From: Sphingobacteriales bacterium
GTDB taxonomy: Bacteria; Bacteroidota; Bacteroidia; Cytophagales; 172606-1
DNA: 64,000 bases
Direction: 5' to 3'
Assembly: GCA_031424975.1 (NCBI GenBank)
Contig: JANPIL010000141.1
Coordinates: 7,293 to 71,292 of the forward strand
This document shows positions 27,938-37,321 of this stretch, in pieces. The notes below the pieces were generated by a model. That model saw only the letters and a list, made by a program, of their open reading frames with translations. It was not told where the DNA came from and made no database searches. The first letter of the stretch is position 1, and the number at the start of each line of letters is the position of its first letter. The position numbers were made by a program, and so were the translations under genes.

Positions 27938-28846
27938 TCACTGGGTTTTGTAGCGCACAAACGCAATCCGCCTACCGTCCGGCGACCAACTGGGAACGTT
28001 CAGTGTTCCTTGGCCACCGTAGAATACCGGCGTGAGGTCGCGGATCTGCCGGGTTTCGAGGTTCATCAGCCTGATTTTCACGTCCTTGCCAAACGGATGA
28101 CTGCCGTTTTGGTCTTGCACGTACGACAGGTAAACAATGCTTTTGCTATCGGGGCTGGGGTGGGCAAACCAATTGTCAAACCCATCGTCGGTCAGTTGTT
28201 CGGGCTGGCTGCCGTCGGGTTTCATGCGGTAAATATGCATCCGGCCGGTGCGGTGCGAGTTAAAGTATATCCATTTGCCATCGGGGCTGTATTCGGGGCC
28301 GTCGTCCAGAGCTTTGGCATCGGTGAGACGGGTTTCGTTGCTGCCGTCAATGCCGATGCGGTAAACGTTCCAGAATCCATTGCGCATGGCGCAGTAAACC
28401 AACGTTTTGCCGTCGGGACTGATGCCGTGCCAGTAGCTTGGAAACAGATCGGTTACCAAACGGGGTTTGCCACCGCCCACTGGCAACACAAATATCCGAG
28501 AATTCAACTCAGAGGCCACCGTTTCGTCGTTGTGACTGACAATAAGCGTTTTGCCATCAAAACTAAGCCCGTGGTCGTTGTTGCAGGCCGTGGCGAAACC
28601 AGTGTTGATTTTGCCGAGTTTCTTGCCGCCCACCGATATTTTTTCCAACAAACCGCCCGCGTTCACAATCAGGTACTTGCCATCGCGCGACCAGTTGGGA
28701 GCCTCGAAGTGGCGTTTTTCGGTCAAAATCACTGTTTCCTTGCCAGTCTTTACCTCCAGCAACACCAATGAGCTTTCTGTATTGACGGGTACTTGCGCCA
28801 AGCAAATGGCCGAGCAAAAGCCGAGCAAATAGGTTACGTGTTTCAT
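27938..28846 (-). CDS. TolB-like / PD40-repeat beta-propeller protein
   Basis: Repeated APNWSRDGK, SPDGK, YSPDGKWIYF, WSPDGRRIAF. Confidence 0.85.
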   Translation of the reverse strand: MKHVTYLLGFCSAICLAQVPVNTESSLVLLEVKTGKETVILTEKRHFEAPNWSRDGKYLIVNAGGLLEKISVGGKKLGKINTGFATACNNDHGLSFDGKTLIVSHNDETVASELNSRIFVLPVGGGKPRLVTDLFPSYWHGISPDGKTLVYCAMRNGFWNVYRIGIDGSNETRLTDAKALDDGPEYSPDGKWIYFNSHRTGRMHIYRMKPDGSQPEQLTDDGFDNWFAHPSPDSKSIVYLSYVQDQNGSHPFGKDVKIRLMNLETRQIRDLTPVFYGGQGTLNVPSWSPDGRRIAFVRYKTQ

Positions 28847-29030
28847 GATTGGAGAGTTTACCTTCACTTGTGTCCGTCAGGAATTGGGATTCAGAACATT
28901 TGTCTCCAAAAATCCGTGATGTCTTGACCTTGAGGGCATCAGGCTTTGGGCTTGTTTCCGGCGCGAGCTGATGTTTTTGGCCGCAATCACGTGTTTTTGT
29001 TTGGCGAGGTTCTTGGACTTTTCAACAACT

Positions 29031-29372
29031 TCATGTGATTGCTTCAACCCTGTCGCGGAATACATTGACAATCTTGCGGGTTTCGTTCAATTCCAACACT
29101 TGCGGCCACACTTGTGTAATCACATCGAACAATTCCTTCATTTTCACGTTGCCAATACGAATGTGAATCACTTTGGGCGGCGGTTCCTGAAAAAGCATCC
29201 GGTTAGAAAAATCGCTGTCCTTTGTGATGATAGTCAAGCTGTTTTCTTTGGCATAAGTCCAGATTCTCGCGTCTCTCCACTCATCATCAATGTCGCGTTG
29301 GTGCAGATAGTCATCGTTATTCCAAAGTGAGAAATAATAGGGCAGATTCACATCAATCAGGAATTCTGCCAT
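29031..29372 (-). CDS. DUF5615 PIN-like toxin
   Basis: FLIDVNLP..IITKDSDF..PPKVIHIRIGN; directly downstream of DUF433. Confidence 0.8.
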   Translation of the reverse strand: MAEFLIDVNLPYYFSLWNNDDYLHQRDIDDEWRDARIWTYAKENSLTIITKDSDFSNRMLFQEPPPKVIHIRIGNVKMKELFDVITQVWPQVLELNETRKIVNVFRDRVEAIT

Positions 29373-29383
29373 ACTCACCATAC

Positions 29384-29617
29384 TCACGCCACGGATTTAA
29401 TTACATACCCACGGTTCATCAGGTCGCTGGCAAACAGGATGCAGGCACCGATGTCCTCGGGTTCAAGAGAAGGATATTGGCGCAGAATTTCCTCCCTGCT
29501 CTCACCGGCACCCAGAAATTCAAGAACGGTTTGAACCGTAATCCGTTTTCCCCGGATGGTTGGTTTTCCATTGCAAAGTTGGTCGTCAATGGTGATCCGG
29601 TCGGTTATATACTCCAT
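29384..29617 (-). CDS. DUF433 antitoxin
   Basis: ITIDDQLCNGKPTIRGKRITV..EILRQYPSL..DIGAC. Confidence 0.9.
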   Translation of the reverse strand: MEYITDRITIDDQLCNGKPTIRGKRITVQTVLEFLGAGESREEILRQYPSLEPEDIGACILFASDLMNRGYVIKSVA

Positions 29618-29728
29618 TTCCGTAATTGTCTGCAAATGTGGTTGTCAATAACTGTAAAAACGGGTTGCCGCATTTCAAAGATAACCTAAATTTTGCCATT
29701 AGCGGGTTGGATTCGCCACAAAACCTAA

Positions 29729-29757
29729 AAAACAGTATCTTTTGGAAAGCTCAAACC
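29729..29757 (+). repeat. Motif A copy
   Basis: AAAACAGTATCTTTTGGAAAGCTCAAACC. Confidence 0.85.
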
Positions 29758-29986
29758 CCGGTGCATTTCAATATACAAGAGAGCCAACGGGAACTGTTTG
29801 TATCAGTGCTTGTACAAGGCCCGGCTCGATGCCTGTTTGGGGCGTTTGCAATGAGCGGGGTCGCTGGCGGCGCACGAAAAAAGGCCGGTCAGGCATAAGG
29901 TGAGCAGTATCCATTTCATGGTTTCGGTGTGTTGTCCGTGCGAATTGCGGTGGTTTGTCTTTAACGGTAAGCGGTTTGCAAATCGT

Positions 29987-30640
29987 TCATCCGGGCTGCC
30001 ATGATTCAGGATTCTGCCGCCAAGCCGCCAACGAAACCCGGTCGGTTTCGGAGATGATGTTGCGGCGGGTAGCTTCAGTGAGCAGGTGCGCGTAATCGCT
30101 CAGGCAAACCAATGGCATTTGCCTTGCCGCAAAATTGCGTTCGGCTTCGGCAAAGCCATACGTGAAAATGGCCGCCATGCCCAGCACTTCGGCCCCGGCT
30201 TGGCGCAACGCATCCACGGCTTTCAGCGAACTGCCGCCCGTGGAAACCAGATCTTCGATGACCACCACTTTTTGTCCGGCGGATAATTCGCCTTCAATCG
30301 CGTTGCCCATGCCGTGTTCCTTGGGTTTGGCACGCACATACACAAACGGCAACGCCAGCGCGTCGGCCACCAAGGCACCCTGCGGAATGCCCGCCGTGGC
30401 AACACCCGCAATGGCTCCCACGCCGGGGAAAGCCTCGCGGATGCGGGCGGCCAGCGCGTCTTTGATGAACGTGCGGATGCCGGGATAGGACAAAGCCAGC
30501 CGGTTGTCGCAGTAAATCGGCGATTTCCAGCCCGAACTCCACGTGAATGGCTCGCCGGGCCGCAACCGGATGGCTCCGATGTCGAGCAGGGCCGAGGCTA
30601 CGCGTTGGGCCACGGCATCATGGTCAATGGATGGTATCAT
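29987..30640 (-). CDS. pyrE: Orotate phosphoribosyltransferase
   Basis: SGWKSPIYCDNR, VVVIEDLVSTGGS PRPP motif. Confidence 0.95.
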   Translation of the reverse strand: MIPSIDHDAVAQRVASALLDIGAIRLRPGEPFTWSSGWKSPIYCDNRLALSYPGIRTFIKDALAARIREAFPGVGAIAGVATAGIPQGALVADALALPFVYVRAKPKEHGMGNAIEGELSAGQKVVVIEDLVSTGGSSLKAVDALRQAGAEVLGMAAIFTYGFAEAERNFAARQMPLVCLSDYAHLLTEATRRNIISETDRVSLAAWRQNPESWQPG

Positions 30641-30706
30641 GCGGCTAAAATAGCGGGTAATGCGCAGCCAAAAAAGCATCTTTTACTGGTTGCGCCCGAT
30701 TTACCG

Positions 30707-30735
30707 AAAATAGTATGTTTCCGAAAACCCAAACC
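30707..30735 (+). repeat. Motif A copy
   Basis: AAAATAGTATGTTTCCGAAAACCCAAACC. Confidence 0.9.
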
Positions 30736-30891
30736 CCCTACCCTTCTCCCCTTGAAATCAAAACCGGGTGGAACGGGTTCTTCGGGCGGCGGCCAACCGC
30801 TACCGGCTTTTGTGTTGCGTTATTGTCAGAAATGCGTTTCTTTTGTATCAGTATCGCGTCTTGTCTCCCCACCTTGTGTTTTCCATCCCAC

Positions 30892-31623
30892 ATGAATCTT
30901 TTCATCAACGACAAGCACGTGAAAGTCGTGAAAATGGAGGCCTTCACGGCGCAACAGTCCAAATTCAGCCGCATCATTGACGGGCAGACCGTGGAAGTGG
31001 CCGCCACCGACCTGGAGGGCGATGTGGCGGTGACCAACCCCTCGGTGGTGCTGCTCTATCGGTTGTTTGCCTTACTGCGCGACAAGAAACTGAGGAAACT
31101 CAGCTCGCTCACGCTGGCCTCGCCAGACAAGCAGATACTGACCGAGGCAATCAAGGCTCCGTACCGGATTATTGAGGCGGCAGGCGGCGTGGTACGCAAA
31201 GACAACCGAATACTGATGATTTACCGGCTGGGTGCTTGGGACTTGCCGAAAGGAAAAATGGAGAAGGACGAGACATTTCGCGAAACCGCCGTGCGCGAAG
31301 TGGAGGAAGAATGCCGCGTGAAGGTGCAACTGCACGAAAAAATCTGCACCACTTGGCACACCTACACCCAAAATGGCAGCGGAATCCTGAAGCAGACCAA
31401 ATGGTACGCCATGACCTGCCTCGACGACAGTGCCATGGCTCCGCAACGCGAAGAGGGCATTGAACGCGTGGAGTGGATCAGCGAGGAAAAAACCTTGGAA
31501 CTGACCGCCACTTCGTATCCTTCCATCCGGTTTGTGTGCCACAAGTATTTTAACAGGAAGCAGTCTGGCGACCCGGAAACGGGCTACGGGCTGGTTTCGG
31601 CTTTGAAAAAGATACTATTTTGA
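30892..31623 (+). CDS. NUDIX hydrolase
   Basis: PKGKMEKDETFRETAVREVEEE NUDIX box; the C-terminal tail reads through Motif A. Confidence 0.88.
   Translation: MNLFINDKHVKVVKMEAFTAQQSKFSRIIDGQTVEVAATDLEGDVAVTNPSVVLLYRLFALLRDKKLRKLSSLTLASPDKQILTEAIKAPYRIIEAAGGVVRKDNRILMIYRLGAWDLPKGKMEKDETFRETAVREVEEECRVKVQLHEKICTTWHTYTQNGSGILKQTKWYAMTCLDDSAMAPQREEGIERVEWISEEKTLELTATSYPSIRFVCHKYFNRKQSGDPETGYGLVSALKKILF
31593..31621 (-). repeat. Motif A copy encoding the NUDIX C-terminus
   Basis: GGTTTCGGCTTTGAAAAAGATACTATTTT; encodes LVSALKKILF*. Confidence 0.88.
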
Positions 31624-31738
31624 AAGGCGGGGACGGAACGGCAGAACAACGCTTCTGCGTCGCCCGCAAGTTGTTTGCGTGAGAATAGGAGTTGAAAGTA
31701 AATGGGTTCAGTGTTTTCCAACCAAAAATTGTACGGCT

Positions 31739-32317
31739 ATGGCAGTTGAAATGGTAACGGGTGTCTCGCTGGAGGAATACTGCCGGTTGGAATACGACGC
31801 GAAAACAAAACACGAGTACATTAACGGTGAAATCATCCCCATGCCCTACACCTCCGAAAACCACGGCCTGATTGCTTCCAATATGGCTGTTGCCATTGGA
31901 ATCTGCCTCAAAGGTAGCAAAAACCACCGCCTCTACATTGCCGACCGGATGCTGTATGTGCCTACCGATGCCAATGAGGGCAACACGTACTACCCCGACC
32001 TGATGATTGTGGAAGGCGAACCGGTTTTCAAGGCCATCAGTGCCAATATGCAGGCTACCACCAACCCGGCGGTGGTGATTGAAATACTGTCGGGCAGCAA
32101 CGCCGACAACGACTTGGTTGAAAAACTGACGCACTACAAAACGATACCCACGCTGAAACAATACCTGATTTTCTGGCAGACCAAAAGGCAGGTAGAAACT
32201 TTTACGCGCATCAATGAAAAGGAATGGCTCGATGTGGTGCTGACCGAAAAGGAAGGCGCGGTGCGGATATTGGATTGTGAACTCTCATTCGGCGACATCT
32301 ACGAAAAGGTATTCTGA
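31739..32317 (+). CDS. Uma2 family endonuclease
   Basis: KHEYINGEI..YYPDLMIV..PAVVIEILS..IPTLKQY. Confidence 0.88.
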   Translation: MAVEMVTGVSLEEYCRLEYDAKTKHEYINGEIIPMPYTSENHGLIASNMAVAIGICLKGSKNHRLYIADRMLYVPTDANEGNTYYPDLMIVEGEPVFKAISANMQATTNPAVVIEILSGSNADNDLVEKLTHYKTIPTLKQYLIFWQTKRQVETFTRINEKEWLDVVLTEKEGAVRILDCELSFGDIYEKVF

Positions 32318-32326
32318 CACAACCCG

Positions 32327-32785
32327 ATGAAATCAATCGCAAATACCGACGGCAGGGATGAGATTTTGGGCAGGATTGCCCGCCTGACGCACGAATCCAA
32401 GGGTTTGTGGGGCAAAATGAACGTGAACCAGATGGTTTGCCACTGCGCCGACCAAGTGAGAATCTGCATCGGCACGAAACCGGCCCGACAAAAAGGCAAT
32501 TTCCTGACGCGGACGCTAATCAAGTTTGCGGCGTTGAACTTGCCCATTGCCATGCCCAAAAACATGAGGACAATCTACGAACTGGATCCCGGAAAAGCCG
32601 GCATGACCCAGCCCTCGGGTTTTCGGGAAGACCGTGACGAACTCGTGGGTTTGATCGGCCACTTTTTTTCGCTGCCCGGCGGCCAGCGTTTCAGCCATCC
32701 GGTTTTTGGCGGCCTCAGCAAACGCGAATTGGGTAAACTCACCTACCTCCATTTAAACCACCACCTGCAACAATTCGGGGTGTAA
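32327..32785 (+). CDS. DUF1569 / DinB-like protein
   Basis: WGKMNVNQMVCHC..HPVFG..HLNHHLQQFGV. Confidence 0.85.
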   Translation: MKSIANTDGRDEILGRIARLTHESKGLWGKMNVNQMVCHCADQVRICIGTKPARQKGNFLTRTLIKFAALNLPIAMPKNMRTIYELDPGKAGMTQPSGFREDRDELVGLIGHFFSLPGGQRFSHPVFGGLSKRELGKLTYLHLNHHLQQFGV

Positions 32786-32799
32786 CAAAACAATATCTC

Positions 32800-32828
32800 A
32801 AAATAGTATCTTTCGGAAAGCCCAAACC
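32800..32828 (+). repeat. Motif A copy
   Basis: AAAATAGTATCTTTCGGAAAGCCCAAACC. Confidence 0.92.
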
Positions 32829-32866
32829 CAACCCTTGCAACAGCCGTGCTTTCCACAACCCTGTTG

Positions 32867-33067
32867 TTACGGGTTTTGTCCCAGTTTTTGCAGCCGCACT
32901 TCCGCCTCCGACAAATACGCCCGGCACTGGCTGATGTGCCGCGTGGCCTCCTCAAAAAGCGTGAGTGAATCATCAAACGGCTGGTTGCCGTCTTGCAGCA
33001 ACCCTTGTATTTCGCGGATGCGGTTCAGGGCGGTTTCTAAGTGGAAATCGGTTGAGGGTGTTTTCAT
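32867..33067 (-). CDS. xseB: Exodeoxyribonuclease VII small subunit
   Basis: LETALNRIREI..SLTLFEEA..C..L..AE; start at ATG 33067, upstream ORF extension is repeat-derived. Confidence 0.8.
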   Translation of the reverse strand: MKTPSTDFHLETALNRIREIQGLLQDGNQPFDDSLTLFEEATRHISQCRAYLSEAEVRLQKLGQNP

Positions 33068-33146
33068 GGCTTTGTATCTGTCTGTTCGCAATCTGTGGAC
33101 TATGGTTTTTACCGGCTTTTGCAAGACATTTCCGGAAACAGGTGCA

Positions 33147-33175
33147 GGTTTGGCATTTTTGAAAGATACTATTTC
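33147..33175 (-). repeat. Motif A copy
   Basis: GGTTTGGCATTTTTGAAAGATACTATTTC. Confidence 0.9.
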
Positions 33176-33284
33176 CCAAACCGGGTTCAACAATAACTCA
33201 CCGATGCTTTTGCCTGAAGCAAAGGCATCGGTGAGTTATAGCATGCATGCAAGGGCGCAATCGTTTTCACCGGGAAAGGGCGTG

Positions 33285-33818
33285 TTATTTTTTCACGAGT
33301 TCCAGTGTGCTCACCAGGCTCACCTTTTCGCCCAGCGCCGCTGCCGGATAGTTTTTTCCGATATCGAAAGCCATGCGTTCGATAAGCGCCGTCGCATTGA
33401 ACACCGCAATCGTGCTTTTATACACGGGATGCTCAAATTCGCCCTCGTAAGTGGCCTCAAGGACAATAGGCTTTTCAATGCCATTTACGGAGAGATTTCC
33501 TTTGATTGTATACTCTTTGCCTCCTACTTTTTCAATCGAACTGCTTTGGAAACGGATTTCAGGATGAGTGGCAACATCAAAAAAGTCCGGTGTTTTCAAA
33601 TGCCCGTCCCGGTTCGCGTCATTCGTATCGATTGAATCAGCCTTGATGACAATTTCCAAACTCCCATCCGAAAAATCATCCTCGGCATAGGTAAAGCTGC
33701 CGGCAAAATCCTTGAAGCTGCCTTTCACCTTTGCAATCATAAAATGTGAAATCGTAAAAGACAAATTTGTGTGGGCTTTGTCGATTTCCCAATGGGTTTT
33801 TTTGATCTGATCAACCAT
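33285..33818 (-). CDS. YceI family protein
   Basis: WEIDKAHT..RDGHLKTPDFFDV..HPEIRF. Confidence 0.92.
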   Translation of the reverse strand: MVDQIKKTHWEIDKAHTNLSFTISHFMIAKVKGSFKDFAGSFTYAEDDFSDGSLEIVIKADSIDTNDANRDGHLKTPDFFDVATHPEIRFQSSSIEKVGGKEYTIKGNLSVNGIEKPIVLEATYEGEFEHPVYKSTIAVFNATALIERMAFDIGKNYPAAALGEKVSLVSTLELVKK

Positions 33819-33906
33819 GTCGTGAGCGGATTACATTGTCTGTCAATATTGACATCACAAAGTTCACGCAAACACATTTATTGAACCATGGACAAAACTC
33901 CGCCAA

Positions 33907-34779
33907 TCAGGCACTTTTGGGATTTTCCTTTTGAAAGCCACTCGGGCTTGTGCCGGTATGTCTTGTGAAAAAACGGCTGAAATATGATGCGTCTTCGAAG
34001 CCCAAGCGGTCGGCTATTTCTTTTATGCTGTGTTCGCTGTAGAACAGCAGCCGTTTGGCTTCCACAACTATCCGTCCATGGATAGTCTGGATGGCGGTTT
34101 CGCCGGTGGCGCTTCTCACCATTTCATTCAGGTGTTTCGCCGTAAGGAATAGTTTGTCGGCGTAAAATGACACATCATGGTTTTTGTTGTAGTGTTCTTC
34201 GATGAGCCAAACGAAGTCGAAAAATGTTTTCTTGTGCTGGCTTTCCGCCAACATTGATTTCTCCAGTTCCTTACGCCCGCTCCTTAAAACGCCCGCAAGC
34301 ATTATTTTCAATGCCGACCGTATGGTTTCAAAATCGGGCCGCTCAAGTTTCAATTCCCCGTTGATGATGCTAATGCAGGCAAAAAAATTATTTTCGTCCT
34401 GGCTGTCCAGCCGTATGTCAGGCATCTGGTTGCTCAGGAACGCGAACCGGATCAGGAAAGCCGCATCCGGCGTTTCCCTGTAGACAAACTCCTTTTCGAA
34501 GATGATGACAACTCCCCGCTCAATGTTTCCCCTGTCAAAATTGTGCACTTGTCCGGGACTGATACAGAAAAGCGTGGGTGCTGCAATCCGGTAATCCACA
34601 AAGTCAACCTGATGGGTACCCGTGCCCTTTTCAATGAACACCAACTCATAGAATGAATGCCTGTGATTTGAATATTCCTTGTGCACTTGGTTATAAACCT
34701 CGATACTCAATACCCTGAAAGGAATGGGTTTTTCCGCAGTCGGCTTTATCTGATGCGTAACTAGGTTTTTGTTGCCCAC
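33907..34779 (-). CDS. AraC family transcriptional regulator
   Basis: HRHSFYE..GQVH cupin and EIADRLGFEDASYFSRFF HTH; start uncertain (GTG 34779 chosen). Confidence 0.88.
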   Translation of the reverse strand: MGNKNLVTHQIKPTAEKPIPFRVLSIEVYNQVHKEYSNHRHSFYELVFIEKGTGTHQVDFVDYRIAAPTLFCISPGQVHNFDRGNIERGVVIIFEKEFVYRETPDAAFLIRFAFLSNQMPDIRLDSQDENNFFACISIINGELKLERPDFETIRSALKIMLAGVLRSGRKELEKSMLAESQHKKTFFDFVWLIEEHYNKNHDVSFYADKLFLTAKHLNEMVRSATGETAIQTIHGRIVVEAKRLLFYSEHSIKEIADRLGFEDASYFSRFFTRHTGTSPSGFQKENPKSA

Positions 34780-34813
34780 ATTTTTACAGGGTTTGTGAAC
34801 CCGGAATCGCGCG

Positions 34814-34842
34814 GGTTCGGCCTTTACGAAAGATACTATTTC
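34814..34842 (-). repeat. Motif A copy
   Basis: GGTTCGGCCTTTACGAAAGATACTATTTC. Confidence 0.85.
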
Positions 34843-34847
34843 CCCGC

Positions 34848-36518
34848 TTACACCGCGTATTTCCTGCGCCGCCAGTAGGTACGCGCCACGCCGAAAACCA
34901 CAATCACCGCCACGGGCAGCAGCAGGTTGGTGAGCTGCCATTGCAGGCGCTGGTCGCGGAGTTTCTGCTTGTCGAGTGGGCGCAGCACGATTTCCTTGCT
35001 GCGGGCGGCAATCACGCCGTTTTCGTCAATCAGGTAATCCACGGCGTGCAGCACGAAATCCTTGTTGGCAAATGTCACGTTCATGAACTTATCAAAGCCG
35101 AGCGGCGCAAACTTGCCCGTTTGCGGGTCTATCTCGTTGGCGGGCAGGTCGCCATCCGAACAAACCACGATTTTGGAAGGCTGCCCGTAATCCCTGAAAG
35201 TCTTGGCACGCGGGTCGGCGGCGGTGATGCGGTTGGCGTACAACGACCGGAAACTGCCTTCCAGCAGATAGGCCACCGGCTGCGAACCGGCATTGAACTG
35301 CTGCGGATCGGGGTCGCGGCGGGCTTCGTTGAAATCTATTTTGGCCGGGGCCGCCGTCACTTTCGAGTAGCGCGAAGTGAACATGAGCGGCGTTTTGCGG
35401 ATGCCATTGGCGCGCACGGTATCCATTGTACCCGCGTAATGCGCATACACCGCGTCGAGGTTGCGCACAATCGGGTGCTTGGAAAACGTGTTGATAAGCG
35501 GGTAAAACCGCCACGGCATGAGTTGTATTTGCGGCTGCTCGCCAAATTTGCCCACGTTCATCGGGATCTGCCCGCTGTTCATGTCTTGGATCACGTTGCG
35601 GTTCAGCCGCACGCCGTACCGGAACAGCAAATCGTCGAGGTTCAGGTCGTTTTCAATGGCCAGCGTGCTTTCGCCGCGCATGATTGTGTCCGATTTCAGC
35701 GCGTCCACGAAAAACAACGCCCGCCCACCGCTGACAATGAACTGGTCGAGCTTGTATTTGTCGGTCTCCGAGAATGCCGAATCGGGCTTGGCAACGATAA
35801 TCGCATCTAAGCCTTGCAGCGACTGTTGGGTGCGTAAGTTGAATGTGTAAACCTCGTAATACGCTTGCAGTGAATTGATCAGGTCGGCCATTTGCACGGG
35901 GCGCAGATTGCCGTAGCCTTGCAGAATGCCAATGCGTTTTTTCTCTTTCAACGTGAGCCGCCGGATGGCCGAAGCCAGTTCATATTCCACATTTTCAACC
36001 GACTGGTTCAGAATCTGTTCCGAACCCACGCCTTTGGTGCGCTGGTTGCCGCGCAGCAGCATCACCGGCACTTCGCGGCCTTCGTAGCTGACAATGGCTC
36101 CGGGCACCACAATCCGCTCCACGGTTTTGCCCTCTTCCTTATCCACCAAATTGGTCGGGTTAATTCCCTTTTTGGCGAGTTCAAAGAGTTTTTCGTTGAG
36201 TTTTTTCTTGTCAGGCTCGGCGGTCACGTCTTCAAAACGGTAGCGCACGTTGCCTCCGGCGTAGGCTTTGAATTCCTCCAGCTTTTCCTGCACCGCCGTT
36301 TGCAGCCGCCGGAACGCGGGCGGCAACTGGCCTTGCAAATACACGGTAACCAACACCGGCGCATCGAGTTTTTCGAGCAGCCGTTCGGTGGCTGGCGCAA
36401 TGGTATAACGCTGGTCTTCAGTCAGATCGGCGCGAAAAAAAAACCGGTTGGCCAGCACATTCAGCAGTACAACCGCCGCGATTCCGATGGCGAACTGGAG
36501 GAGGTTTTTTCTTTTCAT
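34848..36518 (-). CDS. gldG: Gliding-motility ABC transporter substrate-binding protein
   Basis: DLTEDQRYT, LDQFIVSGG, DLLFRYG, NKDF..VDYL. Confidence 0.9.
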   Translation of the reverse strand: MKRKNLLQFAIGIAAVVLLNVLANRFFFRADLTEDQRYTIAPATERLLEKLDAPVLVTVYLQGQLPPAFRRLQTAVQEKLEEFKAYAGGNVRYRFEDVTAEPDKKKLNEKLFELAKKGINPTNLVDKEEGKTVERIVVPGAIVSYEGREVPVMLLRGNQRTKGVGSEQILNQSVENVEYELASAIRRLTLKEKKRIGILQGYGNLRPVQMADLINSLQAYYEVYTFNLRTQQSLQGLDAIIVAKPDSAFSETDKYKLDQFIVSGGRALFFVDALKSDTIMRGESTLAIENDLNLDDLLFRYGVRLNRNVIQDMNSGQIPMNVGKFGEQPQIQLMPWRFYPLINTFSKHPIVRNLDAVYAHYAGTMDTVRANGIRKTPLMFTSRYSKVTAAPAKIDFNEARRDPDPQQFNAGSQPVAYLLEGSFRSLYANRITAADPRAKTFRDYGQPSKIVVCSDGDLPANEIDPQTGKFAPLGFDKFMNVTFANKDFVLHAVDYLIDENGVIAARSKEIVLRPLDKQKLRDQRLQWQLTNLLLPVAVIVVFGVARTYWRRRKYAV

Positions 36519-36545
36519 TGATTCAGGAATAAAAGGGCAATGTCA

Positions 36546-36574
36546 GGTTTGGGCTTTTGGAAAGATACTATTTT
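36546..36574 (-). repeat. Motif A copy
   Basis: GGTTTGGGCTTTTGGAAAGATACTATTTT. Confidence 0.92.
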
Positions 36575-36695
36575 GCAAAGGTGTAAGCGAAAATGCCCAC
36601 ACCGGGTGCGTGTTTCCTGTTTGTGTTGGAAAATGGGAAGTTTCAAAAATCAAAAACCTGCGGTTTTTTGCACAAGCTGAAGCGTGTGCTACCGC

Positions 36696-37160
36696 TTACC
36701 TCATCCGGTCGGCGGAGCGGACCAGTTTTTCATCGCGGCGGATGAAACGGTTGGCGAGGATGTTGAAAGTCAGGGCCGCCATGGGCAGGTAGGTTCCGAT
36801 TTTGAATACGCCCTCGTTGTTGGGGATAACCGTTTCGGCCTCGCGCGAAAAATAAATGATCAGGCCCAGCACACCCGCCATCACCAAGGCATTCATGGCT
36901 CCCAGACCCGTTTGTGCCGTGCGGTTTTTGTACTGCGACAAGGAATAAGCGGCTATTGCGGCGGCCACCAGTGCCAGTGCGGCAATGTACCACACGTTGC
37001 GGCTGCTCACCTCGGCTCCGGCCTGCACAACCGTCATCTTCATGGCCGACAGTTCCACACGTTTGCCATTTGCTGCTTCCTCCCAGTTTCCCACAAAAGC
37101 GGTGGTGGCCATGCAAGCCGCAATGAGCAGCAAAAATACGGATTGGATACGCTGAATCAT
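36696..37160 (-). CDS. DUF4293 family membrane protein
   Basis: MIQRIQSVFL..IRRDEKLVRSADRMR. Confidence 0.9.
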   Translation of the reverse strand: MIQRIQSVFLLLIAACMATTAFVGNWEEAANGKRVELSAMKMTVVQAGAEVSSRNVWYIAALALVAAAIAAYSLSQYKNRTAQTGLGAMNALVMAGVLGLIIYFSREAETVIPNNEGVFKIGTYLPMAALTFNILANRFIRRDEKLVRSADRMR

Positions 37161-37203
37161 GTTAGTTGGATAAATGGTTGGTTGTCAATTGCCTGTTGCG
37201 GCG

Positions 37204-37211
37204 CAAAGTTA
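37204..37211 (-). promoter_or_regulatory. Bacteroidota -7 promoter element (DUF4293 gene)
   Basis: TAACTTTG on the - strand. Confidence 0.6.
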
Positions 37212-37243
37212 AAGTTAAAATGAATCGGTTGTTGGCCTCCGGG

Positions 37244-37266
37244 GGTTTAGCGTTTTGAAAGGATAC
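37244..37266 (-). repeat. Motif A copy truncated at its core by a REP-like element
   Basis: GGTTTAGCGTTTTGAAAGGATAC followed directly by GGCCTCCCC.. Confidence 0.75.
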
Positions 37267-37321
37267 GGCCTCCCCCCTGTCTGCCGACAGGCAGGCAACC
37301 CCCTCCGAAAGAGGGGGCTTT
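37267..37321 (+). repeat. REP-like palindrome, interrupted by the 20-bp element
   Basis: GGCCTCCCC[20 bp]CAACCCCCTCCGAAAGAGGGGGCTTT. Confidence 0.8.
37276..37295 (+). mobile_element. 20-bp palindromic insertion element
   Basis: Identical CCTGTCTGCCGACAGGCAGG inside a REP-like element; uninterrupted comparator at 38583-38617. Confidence 0.8.

Noticed and set aside
28877-29071. 64-aa ORF overlapping the toxin 3' end
   Set aside because: No recognisable features; overlaps a real gene.
36630-36658. Degenerate Motif A-like strings (also 2714-2737, 8351-8373, 54314-54342)
   Set aside because: The core is mutated or the spacing is altered, so they cannot be supported without a PWM.
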